A stretch of DNA of 63,063 nt from an uncultured Planctomycetales bacterium (GTDB taxonomy: Bacteria; Omnitrophota; Gorgyraeia; Zapsychrales; GWA2-47-8), in contig CAYING010000001.1 of NCBI GenBank assembly GCA_964364715.1, forward strand, positions 33,454 to 96,516, read 5' to 3'. Positions 6,559 to 16,014 of the stretch are shown here, piece by piece (within the stretch, counting starts at the first letter, position 1; the number at the start of each line of letters is the position of its first letter). Both the position numbers and the translations under genes were made by a program. The notes beneath the pieces are model-generated. The model did no database searches and was not told the origin of the DNA. It saw only the letters and a program-made list of their open reading frames with translations.

Positions 6559-8616
6559 ATGAAAAATCACTCCTCCATTTTCTTCAGATCATTTTTTTGC
6601 GCGGTCTTTATTCTGTCCGCTGCTGTGAGTTTTGCCGCGGAAAATATCCGTTTCATCCGTGAATTCAACGAAGGGTTAAAGGCTCCCGCTGACGTCGCTG
6701 CCGCCGGTTCAGGCGATATTTATGTCATTGATGAGCAATTATCGAAAGTTTTTGTGTTTGATTCTGCAGGGGCTTTGAAAACTAGTTTCGGCGCCCTGGG
6801 TCAGAAGCCGGGGCAATTTACCATGCCGCAGTCGCTGGCCCTGACCCCGATGGAAAAGGTTGTCGTTGCCGACACGGGAAATAACCGCATCCAGATCTTC
6901 AATAAAGTCGGCGAATTGCTTTCGTATTTCGGCAGCAGCGGTTCCTTGCCGGGTTTGCTGAACGCGCCGTTCGCGGTCGTGGTCGATCAATTCGGGTTGA
7001 TCTTTGTCGCGGATACCGGGAACAGGCGGGTTCAGGTCTTCAGCCCGAACGGAGTTTTCCTTGGATTTTTTAGTACCGAATTCCGTCCGACGGATCTGGC
7101 GCTGGACGCCCAGCGGAATGTCTATGTGCTTTTGCCGGAGGCCGGAAAGATCGCGAAGTATTCTCCGATGGGAAAGCATCTGCAGGAAATCACTTGCGCC
7201 ATTGATAAACGCAATTATATCAGCAAGGCCGGAGGGCTTGCGGTCGACGCGCGCGGGGATCTTTATATTGTCGAAAATGCCGAATTCAGCATCAAGAAAT
7301 TTGATCCAACGAATAATATCTTGCTTTCGTTCGGGTCAGAGGGGAGCGGCCGCGGGCAATTCGATGCCGCCGCCGGGATCTTTGCCGATCCGACCGGACA
7401 GGTCTTTATCGCGGATAAGAAGAATGTCCGTGTCCAGGTGATCAAGATCACCGGCAGTACGAAACCTTTGGTTCCTTCAGCGACGGATTCGCTGCCGATT
7501 GTGGAACTGGAAGACACGATTCCCCTTGAAAAGAATTTGATCGATATCAGTTACATCCCGGGGCGGGGAATTTATGCGCTTTCGGATAAGCCGGCAAAAG
7601 TTTTTGTTTTGGGCAACAGCAGCGCTGTGTGGGGATCGGAAGGAAAGAATCCCGGAGAATTCAAAAAACCGGCGGCGGTCACGGCCACCCTGGACGGTAA
7701 GATCCTTGTCGCGGACACCGGAAACCACCGCGTCCAGATCTTTAACTTGGACGGAGCGCCTTTTTACCAATTCGGCAAAGCCGGAAATAAAGCCGGACAG
7801 TTCAGTTTTCCTCAAGGGGTTGCGGTGAACAGCAAGGGGCGTATTTATGTATCGGACACACAGAATAACCGCGTACAGATTTTTAACAACGACGGGATCT
7901 ATCTGTCAGCGCTAGGCGACCCGTCGGATAACACCCGCCGTTCCGAAGGATTTGTTCAGCTGCGGTTTCCCAAAAGCATCGCGGTCGATTCCAAAAATCA
8001 GGTGTATATTCTGGAACCGGAAAATTGTAAGGTCCAGATCTTTGCCGAAGACGGGCGTTATATGGGTTCTCTGGGCGAACGCGGCAGTGAGCTGGGGCAA
8101 TTCTTAAACCCAAGCGATATAGCGGTGGATGAGAATGATAATCTGTACGTGGCGGACAGCGGAAATTATCGGGTCCAGATATTTAATTCGCGACGAGCCT
8201 TTTTACTCGCGTTCGGTTCCTTTGGGGCCGAATCAGGGGCTTTCAATAAAATGACCGGTGTGGCCGCGTCGGAAGGACGGATCTATGTGACCGATTCGGA
8301 GAGTTCGGAGATCAAGCGTTTCCGTTATTTCCGCGAGGGCTTTGTTAAACAGGAACGCCTTTACGCGACCCAGACCGCGTATCCGCCGGAAAATGAAGAC
8401 GAAAATAATGTGACGAAATATTCGCAGGCGCAAGAGCAGGCGACCCGGGCCGCGGTCGCGGAATTGGCGCAGTTGACCGGCATATCGGAAAAATATTTAC
8501 GGCAATTTGTGAAGATGGATTCGGTGGAAACACTCAACGACGGGAAGATCAAGGTAACGGTCAGTATCCCTAAGGAAATTCCGCCGGAACGCAAAGCGCC
8601 GGCCAAGAAAAAATGA
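6559..8616 (+). CDS. Secreted NHL-repeat (beta-propeller) protein
   Basis: Signal peptide and about 12 repeats of the (V)ADTGN-RVQIF-type NHL signature. Lys-rich tail. Confidence 0.85.
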   Translation: MKNHSSIFFRSFFCAVFILSAAVSFAAENIRFIREFNEGLKAPADVAAAGSGDIYVIDEQLSKVFVFDSAGALKTSFGALGQKPGQFTMPQSLALTPMEKVVVADTGNNRIQIFNKVGELLSYFGSSGSLPGLLNAPFAVVVDQFGLIFVADTGNRRVQVFSPNGVFLGFFSTEFRPTDLALDAQRNVYVLLPEAGKIAKYSPMGKHLQEITCAIDKRNYISKAGGLAVDARGDLYIVENAEFSIKKFDPTNNILLSFGSEGSGRGQFDAAAGIFADPTGQVFIADKKNVRVQVIKITGSTKPLVPSATDSLPIVELEDTIPLEKNLIDISYIPGRGIYALSDKPAKVFVLGNSSAVWGSEGKNPGEFKKPAAVTATLDGKILVADTGNHRVQIFNLDGAPFYQFGKAGNKAGQFSFPQGVAVNSKGRIYVSDTQNNRVQIFNNDGIYLSALGDPSDNTRRSEGFVQLRFPKSIAVDSKNQVYILEPENCKVQIFAEDGRYMGSLGERGSELGQFLNPSDIAVDENDNLYVADSGNYRVQIFNSRRAFLLAFGSFGAESGAFNKMTGVAASEGRIYVTDSESSEIKRFRYFREGFVKQERLYATQTAYPPENEDENNVTKYSQAQEQATRAAVAELAQLTGISEKYLRQFVKMDSVETLNDGKIKVTVSIPKEIPPERKAPAKKK

Positions 8617-8626
8617 CGGAGAATCG

Positions 8627-9334
8627 ATGAAAAAATTCAGAATAGTTTTTGTCTTGTTAACGATGCTTGTTTTTTCACTGTATGGATTAGTCATTAGTGA
8701 AGAGGTTCAGCCGAACAAGATTGTCGAGCCGCAGCCTGTGCCGGGGGTGATCTATAAACGGTATGCGGTTAAATCCGGGATCGTGGAATACATCATCAGC
8801 GGAACCTTCAAGGGGATCGAGGTTGTTTATTTTGAGGATTGGGGAATGCGGGAGGCCAGGCACAAAAAATCGGGAAGTGAGATGCTGGGGTTTTCCAGCC
8901 GGCTGACCGTCATTGAACGGGACTGGGTTTATACCATCGATCTCGATAACCGGTTAGGGACAAAGGCGCAGGACCTTGATGTGAAGCAGATATTGGATGA
9001 GCCCGTTGAGATTAGCGAAGTGAATATCCATGAACGTTTGCTGGCCCTTTGGGAAGCCGTTCCCGTCAGCGAGGAGAAGGTCATTGAAAAATCGTGCAAG
9101 GTTTGGCGTGTTGAAAAAAAAGGGCAGAAATTCTGGCTTTGGAATTGGCTGCCGTTAAAGTCGGAAACTAAAACCGGCGTGAACGAAACACTATTAACCG
9201 CGGTGAGCGTGAATCTTGATGTGCCGATCCATCCGGAGAAATTCCAGATTCCCGACGGGATTCAATATATTCAAGGCGATCTGGACAGTATTTTGATCAG
9301 CGCAAAGCCGCAACCGGGGAAGGAAAATTTATAA
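8627..9334 (+). CDS. Hypothetical secreted protein
   Basis: 235-aa ORF with an N-terminal signal-like helix. No recognised motif. Confidence 0.6.
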   Translation: MKKFRIVFVLLTMLVFSLYGLVISEEVQPNKIVEPQPVPGVIYKRYAVKSGIVEYIISGTFKGIEVVYFEDWGMREARHKKSGSEMLGFSSRLTVIERDWVYTIDLDNRLGTKAQDLDVKQILDEPVEISEVNIHERLLALWEAVPVSEEKVIEKSCKVWRVEKKGQKFWLWNWLPLKSETKTGVNETLLTAVSVNLDVPIHPEKFQIPDGIQYIQGDLDSILISAKPQPGKENL

Positions 9335-10408
9335 ATGGAAATAGGTATTGTCGGATTGCCGAACGTAGGGAAGTCGTCTTTGTTTAACGCGTTGACCGGG
9401 GCGGCGGCCGCCGCGGAAAATTTTCCGTTCACCACGATCGAGCCGAACGTCGGCGTCGTTCCTTTGCCGGACGAACGTTTGGCCAGATTGGCCGCGGAGT
9501 TTCAAAGCCAGAAGATCACTCCGTCAGGGATCCGATTCGTGGATATTGCCGGCTTGGTCCAAGGGGCAAGCCAGGGCGAAGGTTTGGGAAATAAATTTTT
9601 GTCCCACATCCGTTCGGTGGACGCGGTGGCTCACGTGGTGCGCTGTTTTCACGATGAGAATGTTGTCAATGTGATGAGTGATCTGAACCCCCTGGGAGCG
9701 GCGGAGGTGATTGAGACCGAGCTTTTGCTGGCGGATATTCAGCAATGTCAGAAGGCGATGGAACGGGTCATGAAACCGGCCAAGTCAGGGGATAAGGATG
9801 CCATGGAAAAGATGGCAGTCCTTGAGGATATTATGAAGAATTTTAATGAAGGGAGGCCGGCCCGCCGGCTCAGTGTGCCGCCGGAGATCAACCAGGAATT
9901 TCAATTTCTGACGGCAAAACCGCTTATGTATGTTGCCAACACGGATGAAGGGACTGTTGATCCGAAACTGCTAGAGCCCTTGCAGAAAAGAGCCCAGGCT
10001 GAAGGCGCGCGTGTCGTTGCGCTCTGTACAAAGCTCGAAGCCGAGATCGTTCAACTTCCCGCTGAAGAGCGCCTGGCGTATTACGAAGCGGCCGGGATCA
10101 CGTCGCCGGGTTTGGCCCGTTTGGCCAAAGCCGGGCAGGAACTTTTAAAACTGGAATGTTTTTTTACCGCCGGGCCGCAGGAAACACGCGCCTGGCTGAT
10201 CGCGAAAGGGACCCGCGCGGTCAAGGCCGCCGGAAAGATTCACACCGACATTGAGCGCGGTTTCATCCGCGCTGAAATTTATAAATACAATGATCTGGTC
10301 CGTCTCGGATCTTATAAAGCCGTCCAGGAAAATAATCTGATCAGCTTAGAAGGAAAAGATTACGAAATCAAGGACGGAGATGTGGTGTATTTCCGATTCA
10401 GTGTTTAG
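9335..10408 (+). CDS. ychF: Ribosome-binding ATPase YchF
   Basis: GIVGLPNVGKSSLFNALT P-loop, a DIAGLV motif and the TGS-like C-terminus. Confidence 0.92.
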   Translation: MEIGIVGLPNVGKSSLFNALTGAAAAAENFPFTTIEPNVGVVPLPDERLARLAAEFQSQKITPSGIRFVDIAGLVQGASQGEGLGNKFLSHIRSVDAVAHVVRCFHDENVVNVMSDLNPLGAAEVIETELLLADIQQCQKAMERVMKPAKSGDKDAMEKMAVLEDIMKNFNEGRPARRLSVPPEINQEFQFLTAKPLMYVANTDEGTVDPKLLEPLQKRAQAEGARVVALCTKLEAEIVQLPAEERLAYYEAAGITSPGLARLAKAGQELLKLECFFTAGPQETRAWLIAKGTRAVKAAGKIHTDIERGFIRAEIYKYNDLVRLGSYKAVQENNLISLEGKDYEIKDGDVVYFRFSV

Positions 10409-10415
10409 GGGGAAT

Positions 10416-11225
10416 ATGCGATTCGTGATGAAAATTTTTCCGGCGATGTTTTTGTTCATTTTCATCTCGGGTGCCCGGGCAGACGACGATGTTGATATCG
10501 CCAAATTGTATAAAGAGTATGCCGACGCCATCGTCACGGTGGCGAGTCTGGACTCCCAGGGACAGGAAAACCGGCTGGGCACAGGGTTTATTGTGAAGGA
10601 AGAAGGCGTTATCGTGACCAACTACCACGTCGTCGCCGATTCCCGGAAGGTCATTGTGAAATTGCGTAACAACAAGGCGTACAAAATGGTTCAATTGCTT
10701 AATGCCGACCCGGCCAAAGATATCGCGGTCTTGAGGATTTTCCCCAAAAAAAAATTGGATACAGTCAAACTCGGCAACAGCCGCCGGGTCAAGACCGGTC
10801 AGCGTGTGATCGCGATCGGCAATCCTCTGGGATTGGAGAATACTGTTTCCGACGGGCTGGTTAGTTCGATCCGCGAAGCTGACGGGATAAAGCTTCTGCA
10901 GATCAGCGTGCCTTTGTCGTCGGGAAGCAGCGGCGGGCCGTTGTTCGATACAAAAGGGCGCGTGGTCGGGATTACGACCGCCTCACTTACCCAAGGCCAA
11001 AATTTAAATTTTGCCGTTCCGGTGAACTATGTCAAAAAACTTTTGCCGGATGACGATGCCCCGAAAAATTTATCCGGGAAAATACACGCGGTCAAACGGG
11101 ATGAAACGCTGTACAGCCTGGCTCGGCGGTTTAACACCACGGTCCAGGAGATCATCGAGATCAACCAGCTGAGGGATCCGATGATCTACCGCGGCCAGAA
11201 ATTAAAAATACCGGAGGCCCGCTAA
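10416..11225 (+). CDS. Trypsin-like (S1C) serine protease with C-terminal LysM domain
   Basis: Catalytic triad context TNYHVV, DIAVL, GSSGGP. LysM pattern HAVKRDETLYSLARRFN...YRGQKLKIP. ATG 10416 follows GGGGGA. Confidence 0.8.
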   Translation: MRFVMKIFPAMFLFIFISGARADDDVDIAKLYKEYADAIVTVASLDSQGQENRLGTGFIVKEEGVIVTNYHVVADSRKVIVKLRNNKAYKMVQLLNADPAKDIAVLRIFPKKKLDTVKLGNSRRVKTGQRVIAIGNPLGLENTVSDGLVSSIREADGIKLLQISVPLSSGSSGGPLFDTKGRVVGITTASLTQGQNLNFAVPVNYVKKLLPDDDAPKNLSGKIHAVKRDETLYSLARRFNTTVQEIIEINQLRDPMIYRGQKLKIPEAR

Positions 11226-11771
11226 ATGTCCGTTGTCATTCGCGCTTTTCTGATTTTCGGAATGTTTGTCTCCGCCGTGAATATCGCTTTTGCTGAAACC
11301 GTTAAGCGCGTTGTCGACGGCGATACGATCGAGCTGGCCGGCGGAAAGACGGTCCATTTAATCGGCATCGATGCCCCGGAAAATACCGCGAACGAGCGCG
11401 CCAAGATCTTCGCTAAGAACAGCGGGAAGGATATCAAAGCGATCATTGCCCTCGGGAAGGAATCCGAGAGATTCTTGCGGGGTTTGCTCGAAGGTAAAGT
11501 TGTCCGCTTGGAATTCGACGCGATAAAAGAGGATAAGAAGGGGAACCTGCTCGCGTATGTTTTTGAGGTCCAAAGTTTAACGGGAAAAAGAGGCTCTTCC
11601 GATTCCGAAGGTGTCGAAGTCGTGAACGGCAGCGAGGTCTTTATTAACGCGACAATCGTTAAGTCGGGCTACGCCAGCCCGCTGGCGATCCCGCCGAACG
11701 TGAAATATTCCCAGCTTTTTAAACAACTGTCGGTCGAAGCGGGCAAAAATAAAAGGGGGTTATGGAAATGA
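11226..11771 (+). CDS. Thermonuclease (SNase) family secreted nuclease
   Basis: VVDGDTIEL...IGIDAPE motif and a signal peptide. Confidence 0.75.
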   Translation: MSVVIRAFLIFGMFVSAVNIAFAETVKRVVDGDTIELAGGKTVHLIGIDAPENTANERAKIFAKNSGKDIKAIIALGKESERFLRGLLEGKVVRLEFDAIKEDKKGNLLAYVFEVQSLTGKRGSSDSEGVEVVNGSEVFINATIVKSGYASPLAIPPNVKYSQLFKQLSVEAGKNKRGLWK

Positions 11772-12256
11772 GAAATATCTTGTTGGCAGTGTTCGTGATC
11801 GCGGCAGCCGGATGTGTGACGATGGGAAAATCGGGATTTTACGGGTTCAAGATCGACCAGATGTCGGAAGACCCTTCCTTCAAGATCACCGGTGTTGACG
11901 GGAAAGAGATCCGGCATACTTCCACCAAAACGATGAGCCAGGAGGTCACGGCGTGGGCGGAGATCAGGGGAAGCAAAATTCTTATTACGGTGATCAATGC
12001 CTCCGGAAAACCTATTACATCGGATTATTTTTTTGATAAGTTTACTGTTGTGACAAAGGATAAACAAGAATATCAGCTTAAGAAAGAAACGGAAACCCTC
12101 TACCGTTACCGCAGGGGGGATCATATCAAACCCGGCGGCAAGGCCTTATTCGTTCTCACCAGTCCCCGGACATTCGAAAAGGACGATGTTGAGAAGATCA
12201 TCTGTCAGATCGGGCTTTTGACCGGCGCCCGGATCGTCCTGAAACCCCTTCCATGA
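11762..12256 (+). CDS. Hypothetical lipoprotein
   Basis: Lipobox AAAGCV. No recognised domain. Confidence 0.6.
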   Translation: MEMRNILLAVFVIAAAGCVTMGKSGFYGFKIDQMSEDPSFKITGVDGKEIRHTSTKTMSQEVTAWAEIRGSKILITVINASGKPITSDYFFDKFTVVTKDKQEYQLKKETETLYRYRRGDHIKPGGKALFVLTSPRTFEKDDVEKIICQIGLLTGARIVLKPLP

Positions 12257-13848
12257 ACCCAAAGATCATCCGCGCTATTTATCTGCTGGCTGTAACGGTT
12301 GCGGCCGGCCGTTTTTTTACTCTCGGTGTCCATGGCTTTCTTAATGTCCCGATCCAGAATTGGGGGCAGATTAATGGGTGGAAAAATTTTTTTGTGAGCT
12401 TGCTCGCGTATGGAGCCTGCGCCGGCGCCGCGTTTGTTGTTTTTGAGAAAAGAAAATCCTCTCTCTCGGTTTCAAGCTTTTTCGTTATCTTTCTTTTTGG
12501 TTTTTATTTTTTGCAGCTGATCAATGTTTTTGGTTTTCATTTTAATGAAACTGTTTTTTTGAAAATATGCTTTTTGGCGATGATCGCTTCGGCGGTGTGG
12601 ATCGCGCGGGGGGGAATGACCCTGGGGTACACGAAGAAAAAAATGCAGGCGGAGGAAATTTTGACGGGCCTGATCACGGCGCTCTGGTTGATCGCCAGTT
12701 TGTTTTATTTATTTGAATACAACCTTTCGGAATTCCGGCAGCCTTATTCTGATGAAGTTACGCTTTGGTATACGGCGGCGCATAATATTCTGCGGCAATC
12801 AGCCGCTTTCGCTCATCAGGTGAACTATCCGGGAGGAGGGCATCCCTTGGGAGTGCCGTTCATCGCGGCTTTGCCGGGACAAATTTTCCAGGGCGCCGAC
12901 CCGGCGACAATATTCTTTCTGCCGTTGGTTGTGATCATCTCTTTGGCGGCATTCCTGTGGCGGCTGCGTCAGCAAAAATGGATTTTTTTCTTTTTTACCT
13001 TAGCGCTTTTTTCTTCGTTCAATCAGCGGGAATGGGCGGGAGACCTGATGTACCGGCTCGTTTATGCCGCGGGCATCAGTACGGTTCTTTTTTTGTTGAT
13101 TGTTCATGAATTGTATAAGTTGTCTGAAAAAAAACAAGATGGGCCGATCTGGGGGGTTGCGGTCTTGAGCGGGTTGGCTGCGTTGAGTCAAAGCGTGTTC
13201 GTTTTGATGATCCCGGTTTTCGGCATACTGGTAATTGCCGCCTGCGGGAATACCCACTCCCGGGGTGGAAAGTTTTCCACTCCCGGGCCTGCCTGTCACC
13301 GCCTCTGGCGGGATCCCGCTAAAAGCGGTGACCGGCAGGCAGGGTGGGGAAAAGGGATCCTGTTTTTGATTGCCGCGGGACTTCCGTATGGGGTCTGGAA
13401 AGCGGTCATTGCGATGCCCCAGGGACAATCGCACGATATGGTATTGATGGGAAGGCATCTTCAGGAAAATATTTTCAATCCGCGGTGGGGAGTATTGGGT
13501 GATATTTTTCAATATGGCGCTGAACAGGCCGAAGGGCTGCATTATTTTTTTATTTTATCGATACTGTTGATCCTGATTTCCAGGGATCGGAAGATCATCC
13601 TCACGGCTTCTGCTGTATTCGCGTATGTTGGATTTATTTTTGTGTTTTGTGTTTTTCGTCTGGCCTCCGGGAGCGACCCGGAAAATGCCTTAAGGTATCT
13701 GATGCCTGCGTCATTAGCATTGTTTTATTTGGGCGCACACGCGTATTATGGGCTGATCCAAAAGATCGAACGGATAAATTGTCCGCCGCCAGGGAAATAT
13801 GCCCTGATCGCCGCCATGCTCGCCCTGGTTATGGCCAAAATCTTTTAG
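12253..13848 (+). CDS. Large polytopic membrane protein (GT-C-like shape, family unassigned) carrying an in-frame palindromic-element insertion
   Basis: 531-aa ORF with many TM segments and an ATGA start/stop overlap with the upstream gene. Confidence 0.65.
   Translation: MNPKIIRAIYLLAVTVAAGRFFTLGVHGFLNVPIQNWGQINGWKNFFVSLLAYGACAGAAFVVFEKRKSSLSVSSFFVIFLFGFYFLQLINVFGFHFNETVFLKICFLAMIASAVWIARGGMTLGYTKKKMQAEEILTGLITALWLIASLFYLFEYNLSEFRQPYSDEVTLWYTAAHNILRQSAAFAHQVNYPGGGHPLGVPFIAALPGQIFQGADPATIFFLPLVVIISLAAFLWRLRQQKWIFFFFTLALFSSFNQREWAGDLMYRLVYAAGISTVLFLLIVHELYKLSEKKQDGPIWGVAVLSGLAALSQSVFVLMIPVFGILVIAACGNTHSRGGKFSTPGPACHRLWRDPAKSGDRQAGWGKGILFLIAAGLPYGVWKAVIAMPQGQSHDMVLMGRHLQENIFNPRWGVLGDIFQYGAEQAEGLHYFFILSILLILISRDRKIILTASAVFAYVGFIFVFCVFRLASGSDPENALRYLMPASLALFYLGAHAYYGLIQKIERINCPPPGKYALIAAMLALVMAKIF
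13255..13355. repeat. GC-rich nested palindromic element inside a CDS (family also at 30156-30200, 2838-2851, 22996-23016)
   Basis: TTTTCCACTCCCGGGCCTGCCTG ... CCGGCAGGCAGGGTGGGGAAAA flank an internal arm pair GTCACCGC/GCGGTGAC and the 12-nt palindrome GCGGGATCCCGC (13308-13319). Confidence 0.75.
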
Positions 13849-13855
13849 GAGATAT

Positions 13856-14335
13856 ATGCATAGCGACACAACACCTAGTCCAAAGCCCGGCCGGAATATT
13901 CCGCAGTTTGTGTATGAACGTCTGGTCAAGATCAATGATTCACCGCAAAAGATCGCGCTGGGATTTGCCTTAGGGGTTTTCCTGGGGATATTCCCCGGTG
14001 CCGGGCCCATGGCGTCGGTAGTCTTGTCATCGATTTTCCGTATTAATTCCATAGCGGCCTTGACCGGCAGTCTTTTGACGAACACCTGGATCAGCGTGGT
14101 GACTTTTGCGTTCGCGGTTAAAGCCGGCGCCTATGTAACGGGCGCCGATTGGCAAAAAGTTTTTGACGAGTGTAAGGTTTTGATTGAGCAGTTCACCTGG
14201 AAGAGCTTTTTTGATGTTTCACTTTTGAAGATTGTCTGTCCCCTTATGATTGGCTATATCCTGGTGGGACTGTTTTTAGCCTTACTGACGTATCTGCTGG
14301 TTCTGGGGATTTTTAAATTCAGGAAAGCACGGTGA
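13856..14335 (+). CDS. DUF2062 family membrane protein
   Basis: SPQKIALGFALGVFLGIFPGAGP motif. Confidence 0.7.
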   Translation: MHSDTTPSPKPGRNIPQFVYERLVKINDSPQKIALGFALGVFLGIFPGAGPMASVVLSSIFRINSIAALTGSLLTNTWISVVTFAFAVKAGAYVTGADWQKVFDECKVLIEQFTWKSFFDVSLLKIVCPLMIGYILVGLFLALLTYLLVLGIFKFRKAR

Positions 14336-14339
14336 TGGT

Positions 14340-15371
14340 TTGAAAAAAATATTGATTCTTATCCTGGCAGTCCTGATTTTGCTTTTGGGGGCAGGGGGGT
14401 ATGTGTTGACGCAAAAGTCAGCCGTTGAAAGGATTCTCCCTTGGCTGATAAACCGCAATACGACGGATTTTGCGATTTCGGAATTTAGAATCGGGCGTCA
14501 GGAATACCGCTTTCCTGATGCCGTGTTGTTTGAGCAAATTTGTTTAACTGTGAAACAGAAAAAACAGGTTTATCGGATCGAGATCAAAAAAGTTGATGTC
14601 CGCGGCATTCTGAACGTCATTCCAGGATCACTGCCTGTCCCCATTGATCTTGTTTCAGTTGAGGTGAGTTCGGCGGATATGGAACTGCGGCAGGGGTTGG
14701 TCCAGCTGGCGGTCAAAACCTCCGGATCGGGGGAAGAAAAAGTGGCCGGGCATCTGAGGATCGCCAAGCTCCGCCGCGAGGAGTATCATCTGACCAATAT
14801 TTCCGCGGACATTTCCGGAGACCTTTCGTTCTGGCGATTTAAAAATTTCTATGCGGAATTTTACGGCGGCCGTTTGCAGGGAAAAATTTTGCTGGATTCA
14901 AAAAATCAAATGGTTTATAGTGTGCGTATGCAGGTTGAGGAAGTCGACCTGAAACAGCTGCAGCCGGTCAACCCGGAATTTTTCTCAAAGGTCAAGGGCA
15001 CAGTGGCCGGATCCCTCGATGTTGCGGGCACACCATCCGGGATCCGCACTATCAACGCGAATTTTTCAGTCAGCAAAGGCGGCGAGATCAAGGCTTCTTT
15101 GCTGAATTATCTTTTGCGGTATATCCCAGCCAACAGTTCACAGAGAAAAGATCTGGAGAAGCTCATAAAATCCGACGGGGATGTCCCTTTGGACCGCGCG
15201 GCGGTAGAGATCAAGAGCCTTACGGAGGAAAAATTGTCCAGCCGTATCAAACTGTTCAGCCAAAGGTTCAATCTTGATCTTGATGTTACGCTGGATGTGT
15301 CCGTCGACGGGGGCTTTCAAAACCTTCTGGATTATCCGAAGAATCTTTTACAACTCATAGGGGGAAAATAA
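14340..15371 (+). CDS. YdbH-like (AsmA-like/DctA-YdbH domain) intermembrane lipid-transport protein, short form
   Basis: N-terminal anchor. The call rests mainly on conserved synteny with the YnbE and YdbL homologues immediately downstream. TTG start. Confidence 0.55.
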   Translation: MKKILILILAVLILLLGAGGYVLTQKSAVERILPWLINRNTTDFAISEFRIGRQEYRFPDAVLFEQICLTVKQKKQVYRIEIKKVDVRGILNVIPGSLPVPIDLVSVEVSSADMELRQGLVQLAVKTSGSGEEKVAGHLRIAKLRREEYHLTNISADISGDLSFWRFKNFYAEFYGGRLQGKILLDSKNQMVYSVRMQVEEVDLKQLQPVNPEFFSKVKGTVAGSLDVAGTPSGIRTINANFSVSKGGEIKASLLNYLLRYIPANSSQRKDLEKLIKSDGDVPLDRAAVEIKSLTEEKLSSRIKLFSQRFNLDLDVTLDVSVDGGFQNLLDYPKNLLQLIGGK

Positions 15372-15580
15372 TGATCAAGGTGTGCGGATATTTTTTATTT
15401 TTTCTTCTCGCTGTATTTGTGCCGGCGGGATGTACGGTAAAAGCGGTCGGTGATCCGAACCGCCCCATCACTATTCAGGCGCATATCACCGTTGATGTGA
15501 AGGGATTAAAAGACACCGCGACCGATATTGAAGATTTTGTCAGCGGGCAGAAACCTAAAGAAACTTTGACAACGAAATAG
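15371..15580 (+). CDS. ynbE: YnbE family lipoprotein
   Basis: 69 aa with lipobox PAGCT followed by the PNRPITIQAHITVDV pattern. ATG overlaps the upstream TAA. Confidence 0.7.
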   Translation: MIKVCGYFLFFLLAVFVPAGCTVKAVGDPNRPITIQAHITVDVKGLKDTATDIEDFVSGQKPKETLTTK

Positions 15581-15588
15581 GGGGGGAT

Positions 15589-15996
15589 ATGAATTTCAAA
15601 AAGAGTTTAATTTTGAGTTTTGTCATTCTCGCGGCCGGCGCGACCTTTTGTTTCGCCCAGGCGAAATACAGCATCAAACAGATGACCCCGGCGGTGGAAG
15701 CGGCCTTGGAAAGCCGCCGCAACCGTTTCGATCAGCTGGCCGGCTTTAAAGCCAAAGGCGTGGTCGGTGAGAATAATAAAGGGTATGTGGAATATTTGGG
15801 CGGCGATGACGCGGCCAAGGCTCTGGTCGAAGCGGAGAATAGTGACCGCCGCGTTATTTACCAGACGATCGCCGAGCAGAATGATTTGAAGGATGCCATC
15901 GCAACGATTGAGAAGGTTTTTGCCCAAGTTCAGCGGGACAAAGCACAATCAGGCGAAAAGATCCAGGCCGAGGACGGCCAGTGGGGAAGTAAATAA
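15589..15996 (+). CDS. ydbL: YdbL/DUF1318 periplasmic protein
   Basis: G-VGE-N-GYVEY, LVEAEN-DRRVIYQTIAEQN and the C-terminal DGQW motif. Confidence 0.75.
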   Translation: MNFKKSLILSFVILAAGATFCFAQAKYSIKQMTPAVEAALESRRNRFDQLAGFKAKGVVGENNKGYVEYLGGDDAAKALVEAENSDRRVIYQTIAEQNDLKDAIATIEKVFAQVQRDKAQSGEKIQAEDGQWGSK

Positions 15997-16014
15997 CTTT
16001 CCCGCAGAAAGATC

